Source of the DNA: a virus | Virus record (IMG/VR): IMGVR_UViG_3300031673_000027 | Strand: one strand, 5' to 3' | DNA length: 64,000 nt | Part shown: piece by piece, positions 52,727-61,639 of the stretch | Layout: each line of letters begins with the position of its first letter | Numbering within the stretch: the first letter of the stretch is position 1 | The notes under the pieces: generated by a model | Told to the model about the DNA's origin: nothing | The model's input: only the letters and a program-made list of their open reading frames with translations | The model's database searches: none | Position numbers and translations under genes: made by a program

Positions 52727-53103
52727 CAGTTATCGTTGATGACAGACGTGAACGCATTTCCCTCTGTGGCATGGAGCCTCCCGTGTTCCTCCAGCTTACG
52801 GCGATTATCCGGCTGGCGACACGGCATCGCAATCCGCAGGTTCGGGCCGTGGCGATGGAGTTGCATCTAAGCTCGCACTGGATTCTGGACACCACGCGGC
52901 CGGGCCTGCCGTCGATAACGCTGGCCGATCTGAATTGGGAAGAGCTGTTTACACTAACGGCGGTCATTACCGAGTTGCTGACGGCGACGGGGCCGTGCAG
53001 GATGCGGCCGCTGATCGAGGAAATTCTGCGAGGGCTGGACGCCGCGGTCGAAAGCTCGTTGCGCAGAGATACTGGTCTTGCAAGTGGACGATTTCACAGA
53101 TAA
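52723..53103 (+). CDS. hypothetical protein
   Basis: ATGA-coupled to the radical SAM gene. Confidence 0.45.
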   Translation: MTVIVDDRRERISLCGMEPPVFLQLTAIIRLATRHRNPQVRAVAMELHLSSHWILDTTRPGLPSITLADLNWEELFTLTAVITELLTATGPCRMRPLIEEILRGLDAAVESSLRRDTGLASGRFHR

Positions 53104-53127
53104 GCTAACGCTTTGGTGGAACCGAGT

Positions 53128-53478
53128 ATGGCCAAGATAAAAGCAGGGATGCTGGACCCGCAACTCAAAGACGCCGTCACGTCGGCGTACAAGCTCGGGA
53201 TGATGGACGGCGAGAAGAAGCACTGCAAAGAGTGCCGCAACAAGCTCATTAGCGCCATGACGACGACGAACGCTAATCTCTGGGAGATCCTCAATGACCT
53301 CGACAAGACAGAACCCATCGAGGGGCTTGTGTTATCGTTCAAGGACGCCGAGGATATAATCGCCGCGTTGCGCAGCGGCAAGCGAAAGACGAAGCTCGCC
53401 AATATCCTGCGGCGGCGAGTCAGAGAATCGAGCCAGGGGCTGCGTTTATTCCTGGCAGAGGTACAGCAATCGGAGTAG
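53128..53478 (+). CDS. hypothetical protein
   Basis: 116-aa ORF. Confidence 0.45.
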   Translation: MAKIKAGMLDPQLKDAVTSAYKLGMMDGEKKHCKECRNKLISAMTTTNANLWEILNDLDKTEPIEGLVLSFKDAEDIIAALRSGKRKTKLANILRRRVRESSQGLRLFLAEVQQSE

Positions 53479-53517
53479 AATCACGAACAAAGAATAGACT
53501 ACTGAAAGGGTTGAATT

Positions 53518-54009
53518 ATGAGCAGAGATATTACCTGGGGCGAATTGAAAAAGGCAGCGGAAGAGCAGGGCGTTGAAGATAGCAGGGTCTTCATTCATAG
53601 CGAGGACGAAGATCCGTTTGTCTTTCCCCCCTATCCGGCGTACCTTTGCCATTCCGTTTCACTGGAAAACAACTCAAACGACGCCGTCAGACTTCTCAGG
53701 CGAGTAGTCGCAGCCCTCGACCATAAAGACAGCATACACCCAGAATCCGTATGCCATGAAATACTAAGGACCAGACTGTCTGCGATTGATGCATCCGAAT
53801 CAACCGAGCGGCTCGAATCTGCCGAGTGCGATCCCTTCATCATCAAGAGAATCCACGAGGCACAGAAAGAGCTCAACGCTGCTCTGCTGGAAGCGGCCCT
53901 GCACGGTATCGAAGCGACGGGGATACAGCCTTACGAGATTCAGATGGTCGATGCACCAACAACCGTTCGCTCTTTCAGGCTTATCCTCAAGCCGTCCAAG
54001 GTGCTATAG
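53518..54009 (+). CDS. hypothetical protein
   Basis: AAAGGG RBS. 163 aa. Confidence 0.5.
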   Translation: MSRDITWGELKKAAEEQGVEDSRVFIHSEDEDPFVFPPYPAYLCHSVSLENNSNDAVRLLRRVVAALDHKDSIHPESVCHEILRTRLSAIDASESTERLESAECDPFIIKRIHEAQKELNAALLEAALHGIEATGIQPYEIQMVDAPTTVRSFRLILKPSKVL

Positions 54010-54054
54010 CTATGAAACAATCGGGGTAGGATATGGGGCGAAAGGAGCAACGAT

Positions 54055-54288
54055 ATGGTTTTTATCTTTGAGATTGATCTGACGCGCCGCAATGGTTCCC
54101 GATTTCCTTGGAAGCCAACCCTGTTCAAGACATGGTGGACACAGGCAAAAAAATCTTGGCGGATAGGTTGGGGGATTTTTGCACTAAGTTACTATCCCAA
54201 TTCGGGTCTGAGAGATTTCGGCGAGTCTCTGAAAACCAAATCATGGCAAAGTGTCCAATGTCACAGAACGGACTTACCCTCGAAGTAG
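54055..54288 (+). CDS. hypothetical Trp-rich protein
   Basis: Strong GAAAGGAG RBS 7 nt upstream. The competing frame at 54108..54299 lacks an RBS. Confidence 0.4.
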   Translation: MVFIFEIDLTRRNGSRFPWKPTLFKTWWTQAKKSWRIGWGIFALSYYPNSGLRDFGESLKTKSWQSVQCHRTDLPSK

Positions 54289-54377
54289 TGAGGAAGTAAC
54301 GCACAAACCCTTCCCACATACGCCCTATAGCCACTCTCAACTCAAGCATTTCCCCCCTTTCTGCCGTAAAACTGGTC

Positions 54378-54578
54378 ATGGCCAGTGACGGCGACAATCC
54401 GAACGTCAATATGTTCCCGCTGGAGTCGGCGGAGAACAGCATCAATGAGACTATGCGCAACCTCTTGAGCATCGAACCGACCGACGATACCCAGGCCGAA
54501 CTCAAGAATATGTGCATCGCCGACCTCAAGGAATTTCAGGATGGGAACCTGTTCGCCTTGCGGAGGGCGATTGAATGA
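54378..54578 (+). CDS. hypothetical acidic protein
   Basis: Coupled by ATGA to the small terminase gene. Confidence 0.4.
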   Translation: MASDGDNPNVNMFPLESAENSINETMRNLLSIEPTDDTQAELKNMCIADLKEFQDGNLFALRRAIE

Positions 54579-55132
54579 GTGGGCGCCGGGCGAGCAAATA
54601 CGGGACGCACATCGAGCCGAACCTCGATGTGATCATGGGCTGGATGCGCAGCGGCATGACGGAGAAGAGCATCGCTAAGAGCCTCGGCGTGGGCGTTTCG
54701 ACGTGGGAGCATTACAAGGCGACCAAGCCGGAGTTTCGTGAGCATATCCGCAAGGCCCAACAGGACATCGGCGCGCTGGCTGTCAACAACCTACTCAAAC
54801 GCGCCAACGGGTACGACTACGACGAAATCACAACCGAGATCACAGATGGGAGCAACCAGCGTCAACAGGCACAGACCGGCAACCAGCGTCGCGTGATCAA
54901 AAAAGTCACCAAGCACATGCCCCCGGACGTTGGGGCCAACTGCGTGATCCTCTTCAATCGCATGGCCAAATACTGGCAGAACACTCAGCACATTCAACAC
55001 AGCGGCGAGATCAAGGGATCGGGCGTCCTATGCACAGCGCCGCCGATGGACAAGGAAGCATGGCTACAGTTTTACAAAGACCGAGTCGCCAACGGCAACG
55101 GCGAGGCGAAAGAGCAGACGGACCCAGCGTAG
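54575..55132 (+). CDS. terS: terminase small subunit
   Basis: N-terminal HTH-like segment (MTEKSIAKSLGVGVSTWEHYK). Lies directly upstream of terL. Confidence 0.7.
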   Translation: MSGRRASKYGTHIEPNLDVIMGWMRSGMTEKSIAKSLGVGVSTWEHYKATKPEFREHIRKAQQDIGALAVNNLLKRANGYDYDEITTEITDGSNQRQQAQTGNQRRVIKKVTKHMPPDVGANCVILFNRMAKYWQNTQHIQHSGEIKGSGVLCTAPPMDKEAWLQFYKDRVANGNGEAKEQTDPA

Positions 55133-56490
55133 TCTGGGCGCCCCAGCCCGGCAGCCAGCAGGCGTTTGGGGCCTGTCCGATTTTCGAGTGCCTCTACGAG
55201 GGGACACGCGGGCCCGGCAAGAGCGATGCTCTGCTGATGGACTTCGCGCAGTTTGTTGGGAGAGATTACGGGGAGGATTGGAAGGGTATTATATTCCGCA
55301 GGCAATATCCCGACTTGGAAGAATTGATTGTCAAATCGAAGAAATGGTTTAGGCGTATTTTTCCAGGGGCAGAGTACAACAAAGGAGACCACCGCTGGGT
55401 ATGGCCGGACGGCGAAATGCTGTTGTTCCGCTACGGCAAGAACATGGACGACTACTGGAATTACCACGGTCACGAATATCCCTGGATCGGCTTTGATGAG
55501 TTGACGCTATGGCCCAATGACGAATTCTATATTGCGATGCGAACGGTCTGTCGGTCCACGAATCCCAATATTCCGCGTCACTTTCGGGCGACATGCAATC
55601 CATACGGAACTGGCCACAACTGGGTAAAGATGCGATTCATCGACCCAGCGCCGCGGGGAATAGTTGTGCGGGACGATGAGGGCATCGAACGGGTTGCGGT
55701 TCACGGGTCTATCTCGGAGAATCTGATTGTCCTGCAGAACGATCCGGCCTATGTCAAGATGCTCAAATCACAAACTGGCGTCCGCCGCAAGGCATGGCTC
55801 GAAGGCGACTGGAACATCGTTGCTGGCGGCATGTTCGATGACGTGTGGGACCCCGATGTTCACGTGGTGCAACCCTTCGAGATCCCGGAAACTTGGTATA
55901 TCGACCGCTCTTTCGACTGGGGCAGCTCGAAGCCCTATGCCGTCGGCTTCTGGGCCGAGTCGGACGGCAGCGATGTGAGATTGCCGGGCGGCACCATACG
56001 CAGCACGCAGCGCGGCGATCTGTTCCGCATCGCTGAGTTGTACGGCTGGACGGGCAAGCCGGACGAAGGGACAAAAGAGTTGGCCGTCGAGGTGGCGCGA
56101 AAGATCGTCAATTTCGAGAAGGTGCTGGGCCGGCGCATTCACCCGGGCTCGGCCGATTCCTCGATCTTCTCTACGCAAAACGGCATGTGCATTGCCGAGG
56201 ACATGGCGAAGCTCGGCGTTCGATGGAACCCCTCCGACAAGAAAGCCGGCAGCCGCACAAACGGATGGGAACTCATGCGCAAGCGATTCAAGAACTGCGT
56301 TGTCGGGGAAGGGCCGGGCCTCTATGTGTTCGATACCTGCCGGCAATTCATCCGAACGGTGCCGGCGCTTCCGCGTGACAGCCGCAACACGGACGACGTA
56401 GATACAGAGACCGAGGACCATGTTGCGGACGAAACGCGCTACCGCGTACTGACAAAACGCTACACGTTGAATGTACGACAAGCAGGTTAA
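55030..56490 (+). CDS. terL: terminase large subunit
   Basis: Walker A YEGTRGPGKSD and the nuclease-region pattern ATCNPYGTGHNWVK. The start is uncertain (55030 or 55060) and overlaps terS. Confidence 0.9.
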   Translation: MHSAADGQGSMATVLQRPSRQRQRRGERADGPSVVWAPQPGSQQAFGACPIFECLYEGTRGPGKSDALLMDFAQFVGRDYGEDWKGIIFRRQYPDLEELIVKSKKWFRRIFPGAEYNKGDHRWVWPDGEMLLFRYGKNMDDYWNYHGHEYPWIGFDELTLWPNDEFYIAMRTVCRSTNPNIPRHFRATCNPYGTGHNWVKMRFIDPAPRGIVVRDDEGIERVAVHGSISENLIVLQNDPAYVKMLKSQTGVRRKAWLEGDWNIVAGGMFDDVWDPDVHVVQPFEIPETWYIDRSFDWGSSKPYAVGFWAESDGSDVRLPGGTIRSTQRGDLFRIAELYGWTGKPDEGTKELAVEVARKIVNFEKVLGRRIHPGSADSSIFSTQNGMCIAEDMAKLGVRWNPSDKKAGSRTNGWELMRKRFKNCVVGEGPGLYVFDTCRQFIRTVPALPRDSRNTDDVDTETEDHVADETRYRVLTKRYTLNVRQAG

Positions 56491-56510
56491 ATAGAAAGAC
56501 TACCACGAAG

Positions 56511-56798
56511 ATGAAAACAAATGGCGGACTGAAATGGACCTTGGGCATTATTGCGGTCATCGGTTTGTTGCTGACACTGGCCGCTACGGTGTGGAACGCA
56601 TCCCAGATTGCTGGCGCGGTCGAAGCAAACTGCAAAGACGACGCCAAATACCACCTTATGGCCGAGACCAATAAAGATGCGATTATCGGTATGAACAAAG
56701 ATATTGAAAGTATTCAGAGGGACATCGCTACGCAGACCATCATCCAGCAGAAGATCCTGACGAGTCAGGAAGCGATGCTCAAAGTGATCCGGCAATAA
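56511..56798 (+). CDS. membrane-anchored coiled-coil protein
   Basis: One N-terminal transmembrane helix followed by a helical region. Confidence 0.45.
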   Translation: MKTNGGLKWTLGIIAVIGLLLTLAATVWNASQIAGAVEANCKDDAKYHLMAETNKDAIIGMNKDIESIQRDIATQTIIQQKILTSQEAMLKVIRQ

Positions 56799-56816
56799 GG
56801 TTTTCAGGGAGCCGCT

Positions 56817-56990
56817 ATGGGCTGCAAGAAAGTCGAACGAACATCCGCCTTAGAGCAGGCGCAACGCCGGCAGGATGTCCAGGACGTGATCGTGAGTGAC
56901 ATCGAAGAGGCGCGTCTGAGCGTATTGGTCCGCGAGGGCGTCATCGTGGAGGCGCGAACCCAACAAGAGATCGAAAGTGCAAAGGTGTAA
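56817..56990 (+). CDS. hypothetical protein (57 aa, below the ORF-track cutoff)
   Basis: AGGGAG RBS. Fills the gap before the portal gene. Confidence 0.35.
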   Translation: MGCKKVERTSALEQAQRRQDVQDVIVSDIEEARLSVLVREGVIVEARTQQEIESAKV

Positions 56991-56996
56991 AAGACA

Positions 56997-58424
56997 ATGG
57001 CAAACACACAAGAAGCAAAAGTGGATACACCGTGCGGGGCCTATAATGCGATGAGGTGTCAATGGAGCTTGATTGATGATCTGCTGGCCGGTTCCGAAGC
57101 CATGCGAGCCAGGGCGGCGACCTATCTGCCCAAGTTTCCGAAAGAGGACATCAACCACTACCAAATTCGCGTGACCAATTCCAGTCTGTTCGGCGCCTAC
57201 TCCGATACGTTCAAGTCCATTTGCAGCAAGCCGTTCAGCAGGCCGGTAACAATCCAGGGAGAACTGACCGAGCCGCTGGATAGCATTGCCGACGACGTGG
57301 ACGGGCAGGGCAATGCGTTGGGCGCGTTGGCAAAAGACTGCTTTGCGGACTTGGTCAATCGCGGCGTGACACACGTACTCATCGACTATCCCATTACTGT
57401 CAGCGAGGACGGCAGTAAGCCCAATTTGCAGCAAGAGAGAACGGCGGGCTACCGGCCACGGCTGATTCACGTCAGGCCCGACCAGCTCATCGGCTGGCGG
57501 ACGCAAGAGGACGCCTCGGGCAAGCCCGTGCTGACACAAATACGAATCGCTGAGACCAAAACCGAACCCGATGGGGAATGGGGCGAAAAGCAAGTCCACT
57601 ACGTGCGGGTCATCGAGCCCGAACAATGGAGGCTTTATTCCAAACAGGGCGACGACAAGGAGTACGTCGTCGTGAAAGACGGGAAGAACAGCTTGGGCAA
57701 AGTGCCCCTGGTAACGGCCTACAGCAATCAGACCGGATTCTTGACCGGCGAGCCGCCGCTCAAAGAGCTGGCCGAACGCAACCGCAAACACTTTCAGAGC
57801 GAGAGCGACCAAACTAATTGCCTGCACGTCGCGCGGACGGCGACGTTGTTCGTCAAAGGCTTCGATGAAGAGCAGACCAAGGGCATTGCCTTGGGTCCGA
57901 ATCAACTTATTTCTACGCTGAATCCCAACGCGGACGTGAAATTTGTTGAGCATAGCGGGGCTGCGATTGAAGCCGGCGCCAAGGATCTCGCCGATCTGAA
58001 AGAAGAGATGGTTATGCTGGGGCTGCAACCATTTACCCGTGTGACGGGGACACAGACGGCGACCGGCCAGAGCATTGACGAGTCCCGGGCCAATTCCGAT
58101 ATCCAAGCCTGGGTCATAACGCTTGAGGGTCTGCTGTACCGGGCCTACAAGCTGGCAGCGGAGTGGGTCAAGGTCGAATTGCCCGAGGACTTCAAGGCGG
58201 ATGTGTTCAATGACTTTGCACTCTGGCTGCGAGCAGCGGAGGACATTGCCAACCTCATCAAAATGCGGCAGGCCAGCGACTTGTCACGTCTGACGTTCCT
58301 GCGCGAGGTCAAGCGGCGAGGGATACTCTCAGAGACGGTCAATGTCGAGACTGAGATTAGTGATATCGAGGCCGAAGGGCCGGCATTGGGCATGGTGGGA
58401 GTTGGCACAGAACTGGAGGACTAA
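56997..58424 (+). CDS. portal protein (DUF4055-like)
   Basis: 475 aa. Lies after the terminase genes. The N-terminal pattern ATYLPKFPKEDINHYQIRVTNSSLFGAY fits. Confidence 0.8.
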   Translation: MANTQEAKVDTPCGAYNAMRCQWSLIDDLLAGSEAMRARAATYLPKFPKEDINHYQIRVTNSSLFGAYSDTFKSICSKPFSRPVTIQGELTEPLDSIADDVDGQGNALGALAKDCFADLVNRGVTHVLIDYPITVSEDGSKPNLQQERTAGYRPRLIHVRPDQLIGWRTQEDASGKPVLTQIRIAETKTEPDGEWGEKQVHYVRVIEPEQWRLYSKQGDDKEYVVVKDGKNSLGKVPLVTAYSNQTGFLTGEPPLKELAERNRKHFQSESDQTNCLHVARTATLFVKGFDEEQTKGIALGPNQLISTLNPNADVKFVEHSGAAIEAGAKDLADLKEEMVMLGLQPFTRVTGTQTATGQSIDESRANSDIQAWVITLEGLLYRAYKLAAEWVKVELPEDFKADVFNDFALWLRAAEDIANLIKMRQASDLSRLTFLREVKRRGILSETVNVETEISDIEAEGPALGMVGVGTELED

Positions 58425-60608
58425 ATGCCCATCGGCGCTGACAAACTGAGCGAGCTTCCGCAGACCGTCAATGAGATGGTCGCCGACCGAGCGATTCGTC
58501 ACGCCCTGTATCTGGAGCGGTACAAGACGCAGTTGGTCGAGCAGGTCATGGCCCAATTCAACAGGGAAATGCAGCCCGAGCTGCTGGCCAAGATCGAGAG
58601 CAGTTTGCAGCGCGTCGCCGGAACGTCTAAGCAACTCCAGACGCTGTTCAAACACAATGGCGAGCTCATACGCGAACACTACAAGGCAATGGAAGCCAAA
58701 CTCTACGAGCAGCTCCGCGACTTCACCAACGTCGAATCGTCGTGGCTCATCAAGACCCTGGAGCAGGTCAGTCCGATAGCGTGGGACTTCGTAGCGCCGA
58801 GCAGTGCCATACTCAAATCCCTCATCACGCAGCAGCCGATGGAAGGCGCGCTCGTCAAGGAATGGTTTGGCAAGCTCTCGAAGGACACCGCGTTTGCGAT
58901 TAACCGGCAGATTCAGATGGGTATGATTGAAGGCGAGGGGATTGAGAAAATTGTGCGGCGGATCAAGGGGACGCGGGCGGCTCAATACTCGGACGGCATT
59001 CTCAACGCGAGCCGGCACAGTCTCCGCGCCGTGGTGCGGACGAGCGTGAGCAACGTGGCGCACCTGGCCCGCGAGGAAACCTACAAGGCCAACGACGACG
59101 TCGTCAAGGGCGTGCAGATTCAGGCCACGCTGGACACGCGGACCTGCCCCCGTTGTATGAATTGGGACGGAGAAACTTATGAGATAGGCGAAGGCCCGAG
59201 GCCCCCCGCGCATTATTCGTGCTTACCTGGTGACAGCTTTGTATTGTCCCGTCAGAGGGTCATGGCTGTTAGTAAAAGGTGGTTCGATGGAGAAATAATC
59301 ATCCTGCAAAGTGCCTCCCGTCGAAAACTCTCCTGCACCCCAAATCACCCGATATTGACAGACGGCGGGTGGGTTCCTGCAAATCTCTTGAATGTAGGTA
59401 CCTACATAGTCTGCGACGGCGGGCGTGAGTGGAAACCTCTTGCCAACATGGATGGCAAGGATGTTCCAACCAGAATTGAGGATATATCGAAATCGTTTTT
59501 GAACTCTGTCGAGATGCAGACCAGTCCAGTGCCAGTTTCCCCCGAAGATTTCCACGGCGACGGGGTAGGCAGCAAGGTCGCAATTATAGCGTCCAATCGC
59601 TTTCTGAGAAATGGTTGGGATGCCTCTCGCAATCAGCATTGTGGCCATAGTGATTTCGTAGTCGCTAACAAACTTCCGGGGCTTATTCCGTTCCAGACTG
59701 ATTGCGATTTTGTGTCTATGCTCCTCCGTATGCGTGCTACCTACGGACGCCTCATGCGCAGCCTTTGTCAGATTTGCAATGACCGATGGAGAAGCCTTAT
59801 CCATTCTCGCCTGTTGTTGGTCACTCCGATTTCGCAATCTAATACCTCGTTTTTTGAGAATCCTGAGAATTGGCTGCCGCGAGCATCTGAACTTGTCTGC
59901 AATCCCCTGAGCACCGATTCCCTTGCGGTAAAGATTTACGACCTCATATTCGGGCAGCAAGGTCATTCGGGACTCGGGTGGACGAAAAGAGACATTGGAC
60001 TGGCTCAAAATCCGAGAAATGACTTTATCGGTCACGTCATGCGTTTGTGCGATAGTCTTTATCGCTTTGCCTGCAAGATACGATTGGCAGATTTCATCAT
60101 CAGGCAGATATCGCTTGTTGCCCCTGATGCTGACGCCATTCCGTTTAAGGGCGGTCGTAATAGTCTGCACGGAGACCTTGTATCGGCCGCCGATATTTTG
60201 GGCGGAAAGACCGGACCTGTATTTTTTGATGATATTGTCGATGTCAGACGGACTAAGTTTAGTGGCCATGTTTATAACCTCGAAACTCAAAATGGGTTCT
60301 ATTCAGCTCAAGGTATTATAACACATAACTGCCGCTGCACAAGTGTTCCTGTCTTAAAATCCTGGAAGGAGTTGGGCATCGACGCCAAAGAGGCACCGGC
60401 CAGCACGCGGGCGTCGATGAATGGACAGGTCGCCGATACGACGACGTACCCGGAATGGCTCAAAAAGCAAACGGCAGAGGTGCAGGACGATGCGCTGGGC
60501 GTGTCTCGCGGCAGGATGTTCCGCTCCGGTCAACTCAAGTTAAATGACTTCATCGACCGATTGAATAAGCCGTTGACGCTCAAGGAGCTTGAAAGAATGG
60601 TTGGTTGA
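58425..60608 (+). CDS. head morphogenesis protein (SPP1 gp7 / Mu F-like) interrupted by an intein
   Basis: MuF-like region up to ...RPPAHYS. The family HxxCRC-type motif is split by a Hint-domain insertion, and the sequence resumes CRCTSVPVLKSW. Confidence 0.8.
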   Translation: MPIGADKLSELPQTVNEMVADRAIRHALYLERYKTQLVEQVMAQFNREMQPELLAKIESSLQRVAGTSKQLQTLFKHNGELIREHYKAMEAKLYEQLRDFTNVESSWLIKTLEQVSPIAWDFVAPSSAILKSLITQQPMEGALVKEWFGKLSKDTAFAINRQIQMGMIEGEGIEKIVRRIKGTRAAQYSDGILNASRHSLRAVVRTSVSNVAHLAREETYKANDDVVKGVQIQATLDTRTCPRCMNWDGETYEIGEGPRPPAHYSCLPGDSFVLSRQRVMAVSKRWFDGEIIILQSASRRKLSCTPNHPILTDGGWVPANLLNVGTYIVCDGGREWKPLANMDGKDVPTRIEDISKSFLNSVEMQTSPVPVSPEDFHGDGVGSKVAIIASNRFLRNGWDASRNQHCGHSDFVVANKLPGLIPFQTDCDFVSMLLRMRATYGRLMRSLCQICNDRWRSLIHSRLLLVTPISQSNTSFFENPENWLPRASELVCNPLSTDSLAVKIYDLIFGQQGHSGLGWTKRDIGLAQNPRNDFIGHVMRLCDSLYRFACKIRLADFIIRQISLVAPDADAIPFKGGRNSLHGDLVSAADILGGKTGPVFFDDIVDVRRTKFSGHVYNLETQNGFYSAQGIITHNCRCTSVPVLKSWKELGIDAKEAPASTRASMNGQVADTTTYPEWLKKQTAEVQDDALGVSRGRMFRSGQLKLNDFIDRLNKPLTLKELERMVG
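59220..60329 (+). mobile_element. intein (370 aa)
   Basis: Block A CLPGDSFVL, block B SCTPNHPILTDGGWVPANLL, blocks F/G VYNLETQNGFYSAQGIITHN, followed by a +1 Cys. Confidence 0.8.
59223..60269 (-). CDS. putative homing endonuclease encoded antisense within the intein (3 HTH modules, NUMOD3-like, Vsr/PD-(D/E)xK-like domain)
   Basis: 348 aa from the ATG with a GAGG RBS; an alternative TTG start is at 60290. Three tandem HTH-like modules of about 45 aa, then GSTHTEEHRHKIAISL, then YNCDLAAYPVAVEIFGGNWHW...GWNILAIHV. Its stop codon is the complement of intein codon 2. Confidence 0.55.
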   Translation of the reverse strand: MATKLSPSDIDNIIKKYRSGLSAQNIGGRYKVSVQTITTALKRNGVSIRGNKRYLPDDEICQSYLAGKAIKTIAQTHDVTDKVISRILSQSNVSFRPPESRMTLLPEYEVVNLYRKGIGAQGIADKFRCSRQPILRILKKRGIRLRNRSDQQQARMDKASPSVIANLTKAAHEASVGSTHTEEHRHKIAISLERNKPRKFVSDYEITMATMLIARGIPTISQKAIGRYNCDLAAYPVAVEIFGGNWHWTGLHLDRVQKRFRYILNSGWNILAIHVGKRFPLTPAVADYVGTYIQEICRNPPAVCQYRVIWGAGEFSTGGTLQDDYFSIEPPFTNSHDPLTGQYKAVTR

Positions 60609-60696
60609 GAAAAAACGATGAATCGGAAATAACAACTTAAATGTGCGGGTTCCTGCAGCGGCCGGCCAGTCGCCGCAGGACGCAAGAATAGATTGA

Positions 60697-60735
60697 CGGC
60701 AGTTAGGTGCCTAACCACCTTGCTGCCGTTTTTTT
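60697..60735 (+). terminator. rho-independent terminator
   Basis: CGGCAG...CTGCCG with an inner GTTAGG/CCTAAC hairpin, followed by TTTTTTT. Confidence 0.7.
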
Positions 60736-60854
60736 ATTGCCCGCACGAAGTGAATCAAGCGGGCGCGTGACCCGCGGTAGATACAGTAATCAGGGCGTGA
60801 TGCCCGATGAGCGTGAGGCTCATTAAAAGGCGTGAAGCCGAGGAGTTTTGTGTT

Positions 60855-61613
60855 ATGGCACTGAAAGCAATCCTGGACAATCTGGACGGGTTGGCGGCGG
60901 ATATCGCCAAGGAATACAAGAAGCGCGACGATGATAAGTACGTCCTGGACGTGACGTCCGTGGATGGACTGGAACTGGCCGAAGTGACGAAGTTGCAATC
61001 CGCTCTATCGAAGGAGCGCGAAAACAACCGCAAGTCAGCAGACCAGCTCAAGGCGTTCGACAATCTCGATCCGGCCAAGGCGCGTGAGGCGCTCAAGAAG
61101 GTCGAAGAGATGGCGACGTGGACGCCCGAGCAAAAGGTCAAAGAGCAAATCGAAGCCGTGAAGGCTTCCATCATCGAAGCTCACGGCAAGGAAAAAGCCA
61201 AACTGGAAGAAAAGCTGACCAAATTAACGAAGTCGCTGGAGGAAGCGATGATTGTCTCGGTGGCGTCACAGTCGCTCGCCGAGCAGAAGGGCTCGGTAAG
61301 ATTGCTCATGCCGCACATCCGGCAACAAACCCGTCTCCGTGAAGCCGATGGAAAATTCCTGGTCGAAGTACTCGGGGTTGACGGGAATCCCAGACTCATG
61401 GGTTCGGACGGACACCCGATGAGCATCGGGGAGTTGGTGGCCGAGATGAAAACACAAAGCGATTTTGCTTCGGCCTTTGAAGGTACTGGCGCGACGGGAA
61501 GTGGCGCTGTGGGATCAAGTACGCCAAAGGGCCGAGTCTCCTTTGATGAACTCGGAAAACTTTCTCCCGCTGAACGACTCAAGAAAGCGCGAGAATTGGG
61601 AATCAAATCGTAG
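60855..61613 (+). CDS. scaffolding protein
   Basis: GAGGAG RBS. Charged coiled-coil protein directly upstream of the capsid gene. Confidence 0.6.
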   Translation: MALKAILDNLDGLAADIAKEYKKRDDDKYVLDVTSVDGLELAEVTKLQSALSKERENNRKSADQLKAFDNLDPAKAREALKKVEEMATWTPEQKVKEQIEAVKASIIEAHGKEKAKLEEKLTKLTKSLEEAMIVSVASQSLAEQKGSVRLLMPHIRQQTRLREADGKFLVEVLGVDGNPRLMGSDGHPMSIGELVAEMKTQSDFASAFEGTGATGSGAVGSSTPKGRVSFDELGKLSPAERLKKARELGIKS

Positions 61614-61639
61614 AAGAACAATCTTGAAAGGATATTTTT

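Noticed and set aside
54108-54299. 63-aa ORF competing with 54055..54288.
   Set aside because: It has no Shine-Dalgarno sequence, whereas the overlapping frame has the phage-typical GAAAGGAG at the correct spacing. Both remain low confidence.
56850-58106. 418-aa minus-strand ORF inside the portal gene. Similar long antisense ORFs occur at 8052..8687, 12813..13601, 19131..19763, 23257..24135 and 55768..56481.
   Set aside because: They lie opposite well-supported + strand genes, lack RBSs, and have Arg/Pro/Gly-rich low-complexity translations. These are typical shadow ORFs of GC-rich coding DNA. This is also why the intein antisense ORF was accepted only because it shows recognisable domain-like motifs.
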